In this document: one piece after another, positions 23,401 to 33,600 of the stretch
How positions within the stretch are numbered: position 1 is the first letter of the stretch
Layout: each line of letters opens with the position of its first letter
Assembly: GCA_002269645.1 (NCBI GenBank)
Contig: NIVC01003095.1
Location: 55,763 to 119,762 of the forward strand
Direction: 5' to 3'
Origin: Macrostomum lignano
Taxonomy: Eukaryota
DNA length: 64,000 nt
Made by a program: the position numbers and the translations under genes
The notes under the pieces: model-generated
Database searches by the model: none
What the model saw: the letters and a program-made list of their open reading frames with translations, nothing else
What the model was told of the DNA's origin: nothing

Positions 23401-24702
23401 GCGTACCCAACGAAAGACCAGACAACCCGGACCGTGATCAGGTTGCTCCAGCGCGAGTACATTCCTAGGTTCGGGGTACCTGACTGGATACACTCCGATC
23501 AGGGGCAGCATTTTGAGTCTCGGAAATTTAAACGATTCTGTGACACGATGGGAATCAGGAAGACTCGAACGACGCCTTATCACCCACAAGGCAACGGAAT
23601 GGCTGAAGTCCAGCATCGAACGCTGAAAATGTTGCTCACGACCTTGCTGGAAAAGGATCACAAGGATTGGGATGAGGAACTGCCTTCCTGCCTAATGGCA
23701 ATGCGGTCGAGCGTGACAAGGACCTCCGGGTACTCGCCGTTCTTCCTAGTCTACGGTCAAGAAGCACGGCTTCCGTTAGACGTCGCGGTTGGACCGGCTC
23801 CTCCAGCTCCAGGTCATGACGCCTATGCTAGTCAACTCCTGTCGAGTCTGCAGGAAGCCAGACGAAATCTCGAAGACCTAGCTAAGAGCAGAGTGCAGTC
23901 GCAAGCCAGGCGGCCCAACAAGTGTCGAGATCTCGAGGTCGGTGACATCGTTTTCCTCGCGAATCCCGTCATCGAAGACTGGGAGATCCCCAAATTCCAC
24001 AAGACACATACCGGGCCTTGGAGGATAGTCGGGCAGCCGGCCCCTGTGGTCTATGACATCTCGCCAGTGTGCCCACTCCCGGGACGAAGTGAGACCTTCC
24101 GAACTCATAGGGACACTCTGCGCCCGGCTCCTCCAGGTTTTCAACCCAGGCCGGTAGAAGAAAAGAGGCCCGGGATAATTAGAAATGAGAGAGGGCGGCC
24201 GCCTACAAGGCCCGCACCAGCGTCGGCAGGGCACCCTTGCCAATCGGAGTCAGAGGACGAAGAGGAGGAACATATTTTAGTACCAAGACGCTGGGTCTTT
24301 CAACCCCCTCGAGACCGGCAGGTCGAGGCACCGGTCGCTCTGGATGGAGCACATCAAGAACCCGAAGTGCCAGCGCCGGTGGAAGTTCAGCGCTCACCGT
24401 CGCCGGACGAAGCGGCGCCGGATCGCCAACCAGACCCAGTGAACCCTGGTCAGCGTTTGAGGCCTAGAGAGGCTGTGGCGCCACCGGATCGTTGGGGGTT
24501 CCCTCGGCAGGTGATCCTCTCAGAATCGGGACGAGCTGCGAGACCGAAGCAAGTCAGGTTTGCCAACCGGCTCTCCTGCGCGAGCCCTCGTGGGACCAAC
24601 GAGAATGTCTGTAGGGTTGAGCACACCCCTCGCTTAATCCCGAATTGGCGTGAGGTGCTCGATCGACAGATCCAGTTTTTCTTAGGAAACCACTCTTTCT
24701 GA
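20416..24702 (+). CDS. pol: Gag remainder fused to Pol (RT, RNase H, integrase); aspartic protease absent
   Basis: RT motifs LDLRSGYHQV and YIDD; RNaseH motifs DCDAS, E and RTDH. The integrase has the Zn finger H-x5-H..C-x2-C, the catalytic motifs IHLDFVGP, HSDQG and GMAE, and a GPW motif. Confidence 0.95.
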   Translation: MHSQGVEKANTLINHLEGDWRDVAIFHRCRGRSYHEIKDIIISQVVQAYTQLARRNMIEEICQRENESRPVFVARLSCTIDWLAAEFPPNLREKEKLRVYLTQARASKEIRTQLITSGLSKVEALLQRHEELEEAQCLADQIERKLRAEREIPEETEVEVVDDRSMWVEVDEDTLIPAWSEKSFEAKLSEGQVGEGESWYMEGDADLEEEPIQVARTVSVALEGFLRVHVMNLDDEDIMLRKGARLGRAWRARNIEGLPEFEAPPMPVATVNRLRAEADDPAWLNELDLGAQLSEDQKEDLLDLFRRNRDRFAADEAELEVTDVVSHEIKLTNKEPIKMAARRLPQAYQGEVREQVKGWIDAGKVSVSTSPYSAALVLVPKKSGELRICIDYREINDRSTAEVTPLPRIDEILSSLGGNKFFSSLDLRSGYHQVPIDPECKPFTAFAVPNMGLFEWNVMPFGLKGAPSTFSRLMSIVLAELQPSVAMAYIDDVLVYSKDWESHLHHLQLVLNKLRAAKLKLKPSKCSFAKPELDFLGFRVSEAGISTDPHKVCAVQDWPRPRTVKEIQSFLGFVNYYRQFVPDFSELASKLTQLTRKGTKNVAQKWGAEHEAAFLELKKRLVSAPVLAHPNFELGAGEFILDCDASLNSIGAVLSQRQEDGSERAIAFGSKTLSKTEMNHCVTKLEMKSLVFFTGHFRYYLLGRPFLVRTDHRSLKWLKNFKDPAGMIARWINHLAEYDFTVEYRPGRLHTNADALSRRPAHRHGDCPVCRPSEEGVAVQPEEELPIQLTAEVRAVFTEPPTRESRFGRLVTVAEIEKKQLEDPILREVWRLKKDDAKCPERLPDQPQSLLFRKLASVWGILEVEEGVLKINTDGSMHGKKIVLPEALDEKVFRSLHDEPLAGHFGRNKVAERFKLRFWRPGLTKRIQELCAACEVCMRSKPFHGPKASVQEFELSEKFTRIHLDFVGPLGRGTKTRKGNTSILTITDSYTGWVEAYPTKDQTTRTVIRLLQREYIPRFGVPDWIHSDQGQHFESRKFKRFCDTMGIRKTRTTPYHPQGNGMAEVQHRTLKMLLTTLLEKDHKDWDEELPSCLMAMRSSVTRTSGYSPFFLVYGQEARLPLDVAVGPAPPAPGHDAYASQLLSSLQEARRNLEDLAKSRVQSQARRPNKCRDLEVGDIVFLANPVIEDWEIPKFHKTHTGPWRIVGQPAPVVYDISPVCPLPGRSETFRTHRDTLRPAPPGFQPRPVEEKRPGIIRNERGRPPTRPAPASAGHPCQSESEDEEEEHILVPRRWVFQPPRDRQVEAPVALDGAHQEPEVPAPVEVQRSPSPDEAAPDRQPDPVNPGQRLRPREAVAPPDRWGFPRQVILSESGRAARPKQVRFANRLSCASPRGTNENVCRVEHTPRLIPNWREVLDRQIQFFLGNHSF

Positions 24703-26763
24703 TTGCCAGGCCAACCGGTCCCGGCTGTGACCCCCTGCGTTCGGTCCTCAAGAGGTCTGCTGCTCTTGAAGCCGCCCAGAAGATTTGGGAGTTGAGCCTG
24801 GCGGTGAGGCATCAGCGAAGCCAGAATGCCAACCAAGAGTGAGAAGACCAAGGGAGGGACTGATGTAAACAATCTTTTAATTAGGGAAAATATTTTACGT
24901 AAACTTTCGATTAAGTCGTTCGGCTCAAGTGATTAGTTAACGAATAGTACCTATATTTACATGTTCAACTTTTAACCAAGTTTTTGTCATGCCGGAGCAA
25001 AATTCGAACCCCCTATTTTTCTTTTTTGTGCTGCTATGCCCCTTGTAAATATATCCTCTTATTGCGTGAACCATTGCTTTCTCATACTGTCTTTTGTACC
25101 CCCCGATTCCCCTGTAAATACCCCCCGGTGCTTTGAAAATGCGTTTTTTATATTTATACTCAATGTTGTGCCACTATTTATCTCCGCGTATTTCTCTCTC
25201 TGTTGTGTCATTGCTTATTTTGTCTTGCCTAATTTCTTCTTTGCTCATTTTTTTTGCGTAAAAGGTTCATCAAATGGTGGCGGAAACAATATGTTGTGTG
25301 CGTGAATGTGACTGCTTGCTTATTGTGCTTAATTTGTCGTGAGTGCTTTTGAAATTAAATGTGAAATTGAACCTTGGTTTGAGTTAAGTTTGAAACTGAA
25401 ATTTAGGACTTCTCGTGTTACTAAACTCACTGAGCCAAGGCGAAGAAAGAGATCAATGATGAGCGACTTAGGTAATTAATATAGAAGAATACTAGGCATA
25501 ATTAAACTAATAAAAGTCTTAAATAAGGTACGAATGGTCCACCTGAATTAATACGAATTGCTAAACCAAATTAGGAGTGATAAATTTAAGCTGAATTTCG
25601 CGGCCGTGCGATACTACTGATATGTAGTAATACTGAGTGTAAAACAAAATAGGATTGTGTGAATTAAATTTGAAAGTGAATGCCATTGAAGCGGAGTCTT
25701 GAAGACAAAAATCTTTGAAAGAACTTTTAAAATTTAACACTAGTGCTCAAAATTATTCTGCCTCTTATCTGAAACTCTATTAATAATACATCTTAAAGTA
25801 CCTATCTGCACAGCACTGAATGGGCAAGTGAGTAGGAGGGAGTGTACCCTGAAGGTTGCTGAGACTGTGGGATGGGTCTGGGATTATCCGATTGAGTAAC
25901 GTGTACAGTAGAGTATCACAGAGCTGAGATGAGACTTACCAGTTGAAGATCGGAGGTCTGCAGTGGCTGGCCTGGCTTGGTGCAAAATCAGCAAAGGCGG
26001 CGGTGGCGAAGCGCTGGCTGGCAAATCGGAGGCTGACGCAGGATTTGAAGATGAAAATCATAATTTGTGGATGACCTGAGTGGTCAGTCGCTTTTATCTC
26101 CCTGCGAACTCGAGGTGGTTGAGATCATTCTCCCCCAGCAGCGTCTCAGCCAGTCAGCAAGGATGACTCGAAGGTCCCTTAATCCTCTGAGGGTCGCCAT
26201 TCGTCGGCTGCCGCCAGATGAGCACGGCAACCCCAGGCACGTGGACTCCACAGGCGGGAGGGGAGAATGTGCAACGCATTTCCCAAGCTCCTCGCCCATC
26301 CTGGCTCGGGTCGGCCGCGCGGTAAAGGAAATAAGCCATCAAGAGGCTTAACAAGTAGAATCGAGACTGACTCGAACGCGAACAATGAAGCTTAGTCTCA
26401 TCGAACATGCGCTGTTTATTCCATTTCGCACATTTTGAATTTTGTCTTCTCGCGTGGCAATAATTTATCTGTCTATTATCCCCTTACGTGTATCTCGCAC
26501 TTGATACTGCATTTGCAACGCAATATTTAGTTGAAGCACCTTTCTCTTGATCCCTTTCTTTCTTCAAATCCTCCCCTTTCCCCAATTTCTTTCTCTTTTG
26601 GGATTTCCATTCTTGGGATGCGTATTAGTCTAATATTTTTAATATCTATTTGTGAGTAACTATTTTTATTTTTACTACTCTGTTCGATGCGCTAGCTGCG
26701 ATTTTGTACAAAACTGCGCTCATTTTTCTTCTTTGTTTTTGAGTTAATCTGCGATCAACTCAC

Positions 26764-26775
26764 AAATAGGGGGGG
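26764..26775 (+). other. Polypurine tract
   Basis: AAATAGGGGGGG, 4 nt upstream of the 3' LTR. Confidence 0.8.
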
Positions 26776-26779
26776 CATA

Positions 26780-28464
26780 TGATGAGGACGCGCTTTTTCC
26801 CAAATCCCGCGCTAGCACATGGGCTCTAAACTTACTTGCCTACTAACAGTGGGCAATGGGCATTTTTATCCTTTTTCTGCGAATTTTCATAGAAACTATA
26901 CTAGATATAATGTCTGGTCATACTAGTAGTCATAATAACATAGGCGCAGCTTTTTGGGTCGTAAATCATCGCTTTCGAAGCTGATCTGACAGCCACCTGC
27001 GCCTCACTCAGTGTTGAAGCGGGCGCCAGATGGTCTGAGAGGATGCGGGCGGTAGCTTTTTTTTCTCATCATTTTGACAGGCCATCAAGATTTATGAGGT
27101 CAGAGCCTATTGTTCGGATTCACTCAAGCGTGTGACAGCTTTGACAGCTATGCGTTGTACCCCTAAAAGTACCTTGGGATCAGCGATTAGCGATTTCTCT
27201 TCATTATCTTCACTTTCTATTTAATAAGAGCTTTCTAATGTATATTTTTTCATTAATTTCTGTCAATCCTACGCGAAAAGTCATAAATCATTTTGTTGCG
27301 ATTTTGAGTGATTTATGGCCGCACCTGTCATCTTTTTACGACCCTGTGGGAACTGATAGGATCTCTCGGTCACGTGATTCTGGGTAGCAACGAGCTTAGC
27401 CAATCAGAAAATTCGGCGCTCATTTTAACAAAACGGCTCAGCCAATCAGAATCGACGTGTTCCGTTATAACAAACTGCGGTCCAGTTGGCGGCTATTTAA
27501 ACCGGAGTTTTTGGCCCGCTCGGACGCAACTTCTTCTTACTTTGGCTCGGGCCCAGCGCGCAACTTCTGGTTCCCGGAGCACGACCGTCGTTTCTTGATC
27601 CCCGGATTGCAACTTCCCCCATCATCATCAAGGACGAGTCCCCCGGTCGACAGCAGCGAACATCCAGTTAAGAGCATCACCTGCTAGCTAACAGCGAAGA
27701 TTGTGACAGCATCATCCCGAGTCTACAGCTGCAGAGCATCGAGCCGATTCGGTCACTGTGGAATACCTGGTCTCCGGCTGTTGAGTTTCTGATTGGTTGG
27801 GTGAGAGGCTACCTAGACTTGCTTGATTGGGTGATCCCTTTTCTGTCCCCTGTTGCAGTAGCTGAATTAGGCGCACACTTTTGCTCATTTTGTTCAGTGG
27901 TGCTGTTACTGAGGCAGAAATCATTCAATAATACTGCCAGTAGTCTGAAACTCCAATTCGATCCGAAGTGTGAAGTGATCTAAGGAGAAGGTTAAATCTG
28001 ACAGTTATTTTTATCGGTTTTAGTTCTTTGTTCGCCGATGGCTCAGATGAGTAGCTAAGCTAGTAGGCGCCGGTCACAGTGGACCAATGGCAAGGCGGTT
28101 CTCAGTCGATCAATCAATCAAATCAGTGAGCAAAACTGCCAGAAGTGCAGAATCGGCGCCAGAGATGTACTTTGTGCACTCTAGGTTAGCCAAGCGGCTC
28201 GGGTAATGAATCATGCGAGGTCTCTGAAGTTCGAGTTAGTCTATCATCAGCGCTATGAGAGGCTAGTTGGCGCGTTGAAGGCTAAAAGTACATATCTTCG
28301 TATTTAGCAATGTAATAGTACATGTAGCTACCCCATAGACTCGCCACCGCAAGAATCCCCTGCACAAGTCCCCTCTGTACCTGCATGGCCAACGCGATCT
28401 AGTCCCAGCAGTGTCCCTTATCATCGGCTATGACTTCGAGATTGACAGCAAAAAGACACTAGTT
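26780..28464 (+). repeat. 3' LTR, lacking its last 315 bp
   Basis: Matches 15655-17339 apart from at least 3 substitutions seen by eye. The match stops at ...ACACTAGTT. Confidence 0.92.
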
Positions 28465-28477
28465 AGGTCGAAGTGCA

Positions 28478-29011
28478 GTCCGGAAAAATTGCCAACGAGG
28501 AGCGAAGCGAGCGAAGCGAGCGTAGCTCCTCGTTGGCAATTTTTCCGGACAAACGAGACCGAGATAAGATGTCCCGGAGACTCCCCCAACGTAAAATCAA
28601 CGTTTTAGAAAATAAAATTGATGCAGAGTTAAAACCACTTGAGATGAAACCATGTGTGACCCCTCTATGGACGTAAAACATTTAGGGCTACAAGATGTGT
28701 GACGTGAAAGTTCCATAGCAACGCGTCTTGGTTGCCATGGCAACAAAAAAGTGACTTTTTTTAGACCCGTCCAAATCTTGAATCTCAAAAAATAAGGATT
28801 CACAATATGGAGTCAAAAATTGATTGAACCCAACTTTTGGCGAATTTTCAGACCTTCAAGACACTGATTGGTTATTTTCCGCTAAATGCTTACCTTGATA
28901 GGTAATTCTGTAAAAGTGTGTTTTTTAAGTGTCAAAAAATGCGCATTTTTATCAACTTTCAACTGACGCAGCTCAAAGGTCGCGCGTCAGCGCGACCTTT
29001 GAGCTGCGTCA
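28478..29011 (+). repeat. Hairpin-bounded ~530-bp module: palindrome P1 (28478-28550), body T, palindrome H (28964-29011)
   Basis: P1 has 26-bp perfect arms and a 21-nt loop; H has 22-bp perfect arms and a 4-nt loop. Body T recurs on + at ~30743 and 40073 (half-copies at 46643 and 58114). It recurs on - at ~33678-34108, ~36653-37083 and 51555-51998 (half-copies at 46407-46597 and 57878-58068). Confidence 0.9.
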
Positions 29012-29564
29012 TTCTAACAATGGCACCTGGGACTCTTACATGACGCACGACTTTAACCAAGATACTCACTTTAACTGTACATTCGCACCTGTTAATTACA
29101 TTCGAATATTCGACGGGTAGGTATTCGAACCGAAATAAAGGAAATTCAACCTTGTTGCGAGACTCTAAAAAGTACATGAATGCGGTCATTTAGGTAAGAT
29201 CTACATGTTTATAATACATTTTGAGCCGTTTCGTTGCACTGACTCTGAGCCATACACTGCTAAAGTCGATAAACGTGATTTAGGCTATTTTTATGTATTT
29301 TTCATGATACAAATGTACAAAAAATAAGAAACGACGACATGCTAGGAAAATCAGACTTTTTAGGCAAGGTGCACAACTAAATTGCGCACAATATGTATAT
29401 TTTGAAATTTCGTCTTAGTTTATTGAAGTCGCTGCCGGTACAGAAATGTACTTTAACGACGGTACGGGGGGCTTGCATATCGAACATACTTTTTAGCCTG
29501 TAACTTTTGAGCGGATTACCGGAGCGCGACGCGCTTGGTGTCATTGAACTACATTTTAGATGTA

Positions 29565-30625
29565 CTTTAATTTGAATGTATGTTCGCTGTCATTGCACGA
29601 TGCGTTGTACACCTCAGGTCAGGTCACGTGACTTGCTGGAAATGAAATAATGACTTTGTACCTATACTAAGGATAGGTGAAGCGTAAGAATGAACCAAAA
29701 TTTGTACTTATTAGAAACACCTAGATGACTACTGTCAGAAAAAATGATATTCACGTCTGTCAGTTGCAAAATTTTGTTATAATTGACTTTTAAAATCGAA
29801 AAACGTGATTTTGTGCAAAAACAACCTATATGAGCACACATAGGGTGAAAAATTTATTGATTTTCGCTATGAGGTTCTTAGCTTCCAAGAGCACTATTGT
29901 GCCCAGTAAACACGTACAGATGACTGCTATCTTCGTTAGTGTGCGAAAATTCGTATTTTTACGCTAATAACATTTACCGAATTACGAGGTTCCGGTGTTA
30001 TGCGTTTTTTTGCTATATTTCACGCTGCCATTTATTAACGATGCTACGCCAGGCCTTCAGTGTGGTGTCAATAGTTAGCATTTAAAAAGTGCTTTAATTT
30101 GAGTGTATGTTCGCTGGCATTGCACGATGCGTTGTACACCTCAGGCCAGGTCACGTGACTTGCTGGAAATGAAATAATGACTTTGTACCTATACTAAGGA
30201 TAGGTGAAGCATAAGAATGACCCATATTAGTACTTATTAGAAACATCTAGATGAATACTCTCAGAAAAAGTGACATTCACGTCTGTCAGTTGCAAAAAAA
30301 ATTTTTAATTGACTCTCAAAATCGAAAAACGTGATTTTGTGCAAAAACAACCCATTTGAGCACTACATAGGGCGGAAAATATATTAATTTTCGCTATGAG
30401 GTTCTTAGCTTCCAAGAGCACTATTGTGCCCAGTAAACACGTACAGATGACTGCCATCTTCGTTAGTGTGCGAAAATTCGTATTTTGACGCTATTAACAT
30501 TTTACCGAATTACGAGGTTCCGGTACTATGCGTTTTTTTGCTATATTTCACGCTGCCATTTATTAACTATCCTACGCCAGGCCTTCAGTGTAGTGTCAAT
30601 AAATAGCATTTAGCAAGTGCTTTAA
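29565..30625. repeat. Diverged 527-bp tandem duplication inside the Helentron 5' non-coding region (repeated in six array units)
   Basis: The block CTTTAATTTGA.TGTATGTTCGCTG starts at 29565 and at 30092. The two copies show scattered substitutions and indels. Confidence 0.9.
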
Positions 30626-33600
30626 GATGACATCATGCGCATTGCGTTGCGTAAAAGTGTGGGTCCACAGTTTCGTAACAAGTTAAAATGACCTGATTTC
30701 GCAAAAATCTTTAAAACAAAAAATACTCGCTTCGCTCGCTTCGCTCCTCGTTGGCAATTTTTCCGGACAAACGAGACCGAGATAAGATGTCCCGGAGACT
30801 CCCCCAACGTAAAATCAACGTTTTAGAAAATAAAATTGATGCAGAGTTAAAACCACTTGAGATGAAACCATGTGTGACCCCTCTATGGACGTAAAACATT
30901 TAGGGCTACAAGATGTGTGACGTGAAAGTTCCATAGCAACGCGTCTTGGTTGCCATGGCAACAAAAAAGTGACTTTTTTTAGACCCGTCCAAATCTTGAA
31001 TCTCAAAAAATAAGGATTCACAATATGGAGTCAAAAATTGATTGAACCCAACTTTTGGCGAATTTTCAGACCTTCAAGACACTGATTGGTTATTTTCCGC
31101 TAAATGCTTACCTTGATAGGTAATTCTGTAAAAGTGTGTTTTTTAAGTGTCAAAAAATGCGCATTTTTATCAACTTTCAACTGACGCAGCTCAAAGGTCG
31201 CGCGTCAGCGCGACCTTTGAGCTGCGTCATTCTAACAATGGCACCTGGGACTCTTACATGACGCACGACTTTAACCAAGATACTCACTTTAACTGTACAT
31301 TCGCACCTGTTAATTACATTCGAATATTCGACGGGTAGGTATTCGAACCGAAATAAAGGAAATTCAACCTTGTTGCGAGACTCTAAAAAGTACATGAATG
31401 CGGTCATTTAGGTAAGATCTACATGTTTATAATACATTTTGAGCCGTTTCGTTGCACTGACTCTGAGCCATACACTGCTAAAGTCGATAAACGTGATTTA
31501 GGCTATTTTTATGTATTTTTCATGATACAAATGTACAAAAAATAAGAAACGACGACATGCTAGGAAAATCAGACTTTTTAGGCAAGGTGCACAACTAAAT
31601 TGCGCACAATATGTATATTTTGAAATTTCGTCTTAGTTTATTGAAGTCGCTGCCGGTACAGAAATGTACTTTAACGACGGTACGGGGGGCTTGCATATCG
31701 AACATACTTTTTAGCCTGTAACTTTTGAGCGGATTACCGGAGCGCGACGCGCTTGGTGTCATTGAACTACATTTTAGATGTACTTTAATTTGAATGTATG
31801 TTCGCTGTCATTGCACGATGCGTTGTACACCTCAGGTCAGGTCACGTGACTTGCTGGAAATGAAATAATGACTTTGTACCTATACTAAGGATAGGTGAAG
31901 CGTAAGAATGAACCAAAATTTGTACTTATTAGAAACACCTAGATGACTACTGTCAGAAAAAATGATATTCACGTCTGTCAGTTGCAAAATTTTGTTATAA
32001 TTGACTTTTAAAATCGAAAAACGTGATTTTGTGCAAAAACAACCTATATGAGCACACATAGGGTGAAAAATTTATTGATTTTCGCTATGAGGTTCTTAGC
32101 TTCCAAGAGCACTATTGTGCCCAGTAAACACGTACAGATGACTGCTATCTTCGTTAGTGTGCGAAAATTCGTATTTTTACGCTAATAACATTTACCGAAT
32201 TACGAGGTTCCGGTGTTATGCGTTTTTTTGCTATATTTCACGCTGCCATTTATTAACGATGCTACGCCAGGCCTTCAGTGTGGTGTCAATAGTTAGCATT
32301 TAAAAAGTGCTTTAATTTGAGTGTATGTTCGCTGGCATTGCACGATGCGTTGTACACCTCAGGCCAGGTCACGTGACTTGCTGGAAATGAAATAATGACT
32401 TTGTACCTATACTAAGGATAGGTGAAGCATAAGAATGACCCATATTAGTACTTATTAGAAACATCTAGATGAATACTCTCAGAAAAAGTGACATTCACGT
32501 CTGTCAGTTGCAAAAAAAATTTTTAATTGACTCTCAAAATCGAAAAACGTGATTTTGTGCAAAAACAACCCATTTGAGCACTACATAGGGCGGAAAATAT
32601 ATTAATTTTCGCTATGAGGTTCTTAGCTTCCAAGAGCACTATTGTGCCCAGTAAACACGTACAGATGACTGCCATCTTCGTTAGTGTGCGAAAATTCGTA
32701 TTTTGACGCTATTAACATTTTACCGAATTACGAGGTTCCGGTACTATGCGTTTTTTTGCTATATTTCACGCTGCCATTTATTAACTATCCTACGCCAGGC
32801 CTTCAGTGTAGTGTCAATAAATAGCATTTAGCAAGTGCTTTAAGATGACATCATGCGCATTGCGTTGCGTAAAAGTGTGGGTCCACAGTTTCGTAACAAG
32901 TTAAAATGACCTGATTTCGCAAAAATCTTTAAAACAAAAAATACCAAATAGGTAACTAAAAAGCCTTTTGAAACTGAATAAAAAATGCACATAAAAGTGC
33001 TATTTTGTAACGTAAAAAGTCTTGCGTCCTGCAAAAATCTTCTATGGTGACTTTTTGGAGCCGTGAAGTGTAAAAACGTGCGCATTTTTAAAGCTGTTGA
33101 ACTTACTTTTTGAGGTATATTTTGAAAATAGGCATTTTATAAATTGTATAACAAAATTTAATTGAAGAAAGCAATAAGGTAAAATAGAATTCGAAATTAT
33201 TTAATTTTGAAATAATTAAACTGTACATTTCAGTCGTTCTGTTCCTTATAATTTCTACAAAAATTTAAATTTAAATCGGTTATGTTAACAGTAGTTTATT
33301 GCTGTAGGACAAATTTGACCCCAAATTTTCAAAGCAACTTATCTAAGCAAACGCTATCTAAATCTGAAATATTTTCAAGCTTCAATCTGTAGCTATAATA
33401 TTCGGTTTTGTTACGCTATTTATTCGTATCCTACTACATTATATATAATTATTGTACAATATATTATATTCTACAAGTACAAGTTTTAATTGTAATATAT
33501 TCAATTGTTATCAGTTTTACACTGTAAGTGTAAGCTTCAAATTTTATTTGAAATATAACTGAAGTATAGTACTTTAATATTATTTTATAGCTAATTAATT

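Larger units (their letters stand above)
15655..28464 (+). mobile_element. Ty3/Gypsy LTR retrotransposon, recent insertion, 3' LTR truncated
   Basis: The order is LTR, PBS, gag, RT, RNaseH, IN, PPT, LTR. The two LTRs are collinear at a constant offset of 11125 bp. Confidence 0.95.

Noticed and set aside
24703-26779. env-like or extra gene between pol and the 3' LTR
   Set aside because: Only short ORFs (<95 aa) are present, with no signal peptide plus TM architecture.
28597-29189. Recurrent 63-76-aa ORFs (MNPYF.., MSKNA.., MTAFM..)
   Set aside because: They recur only because the DNA is duplicated. They overlap on both strands, some start at non-ATG codons, and they have no motifs.
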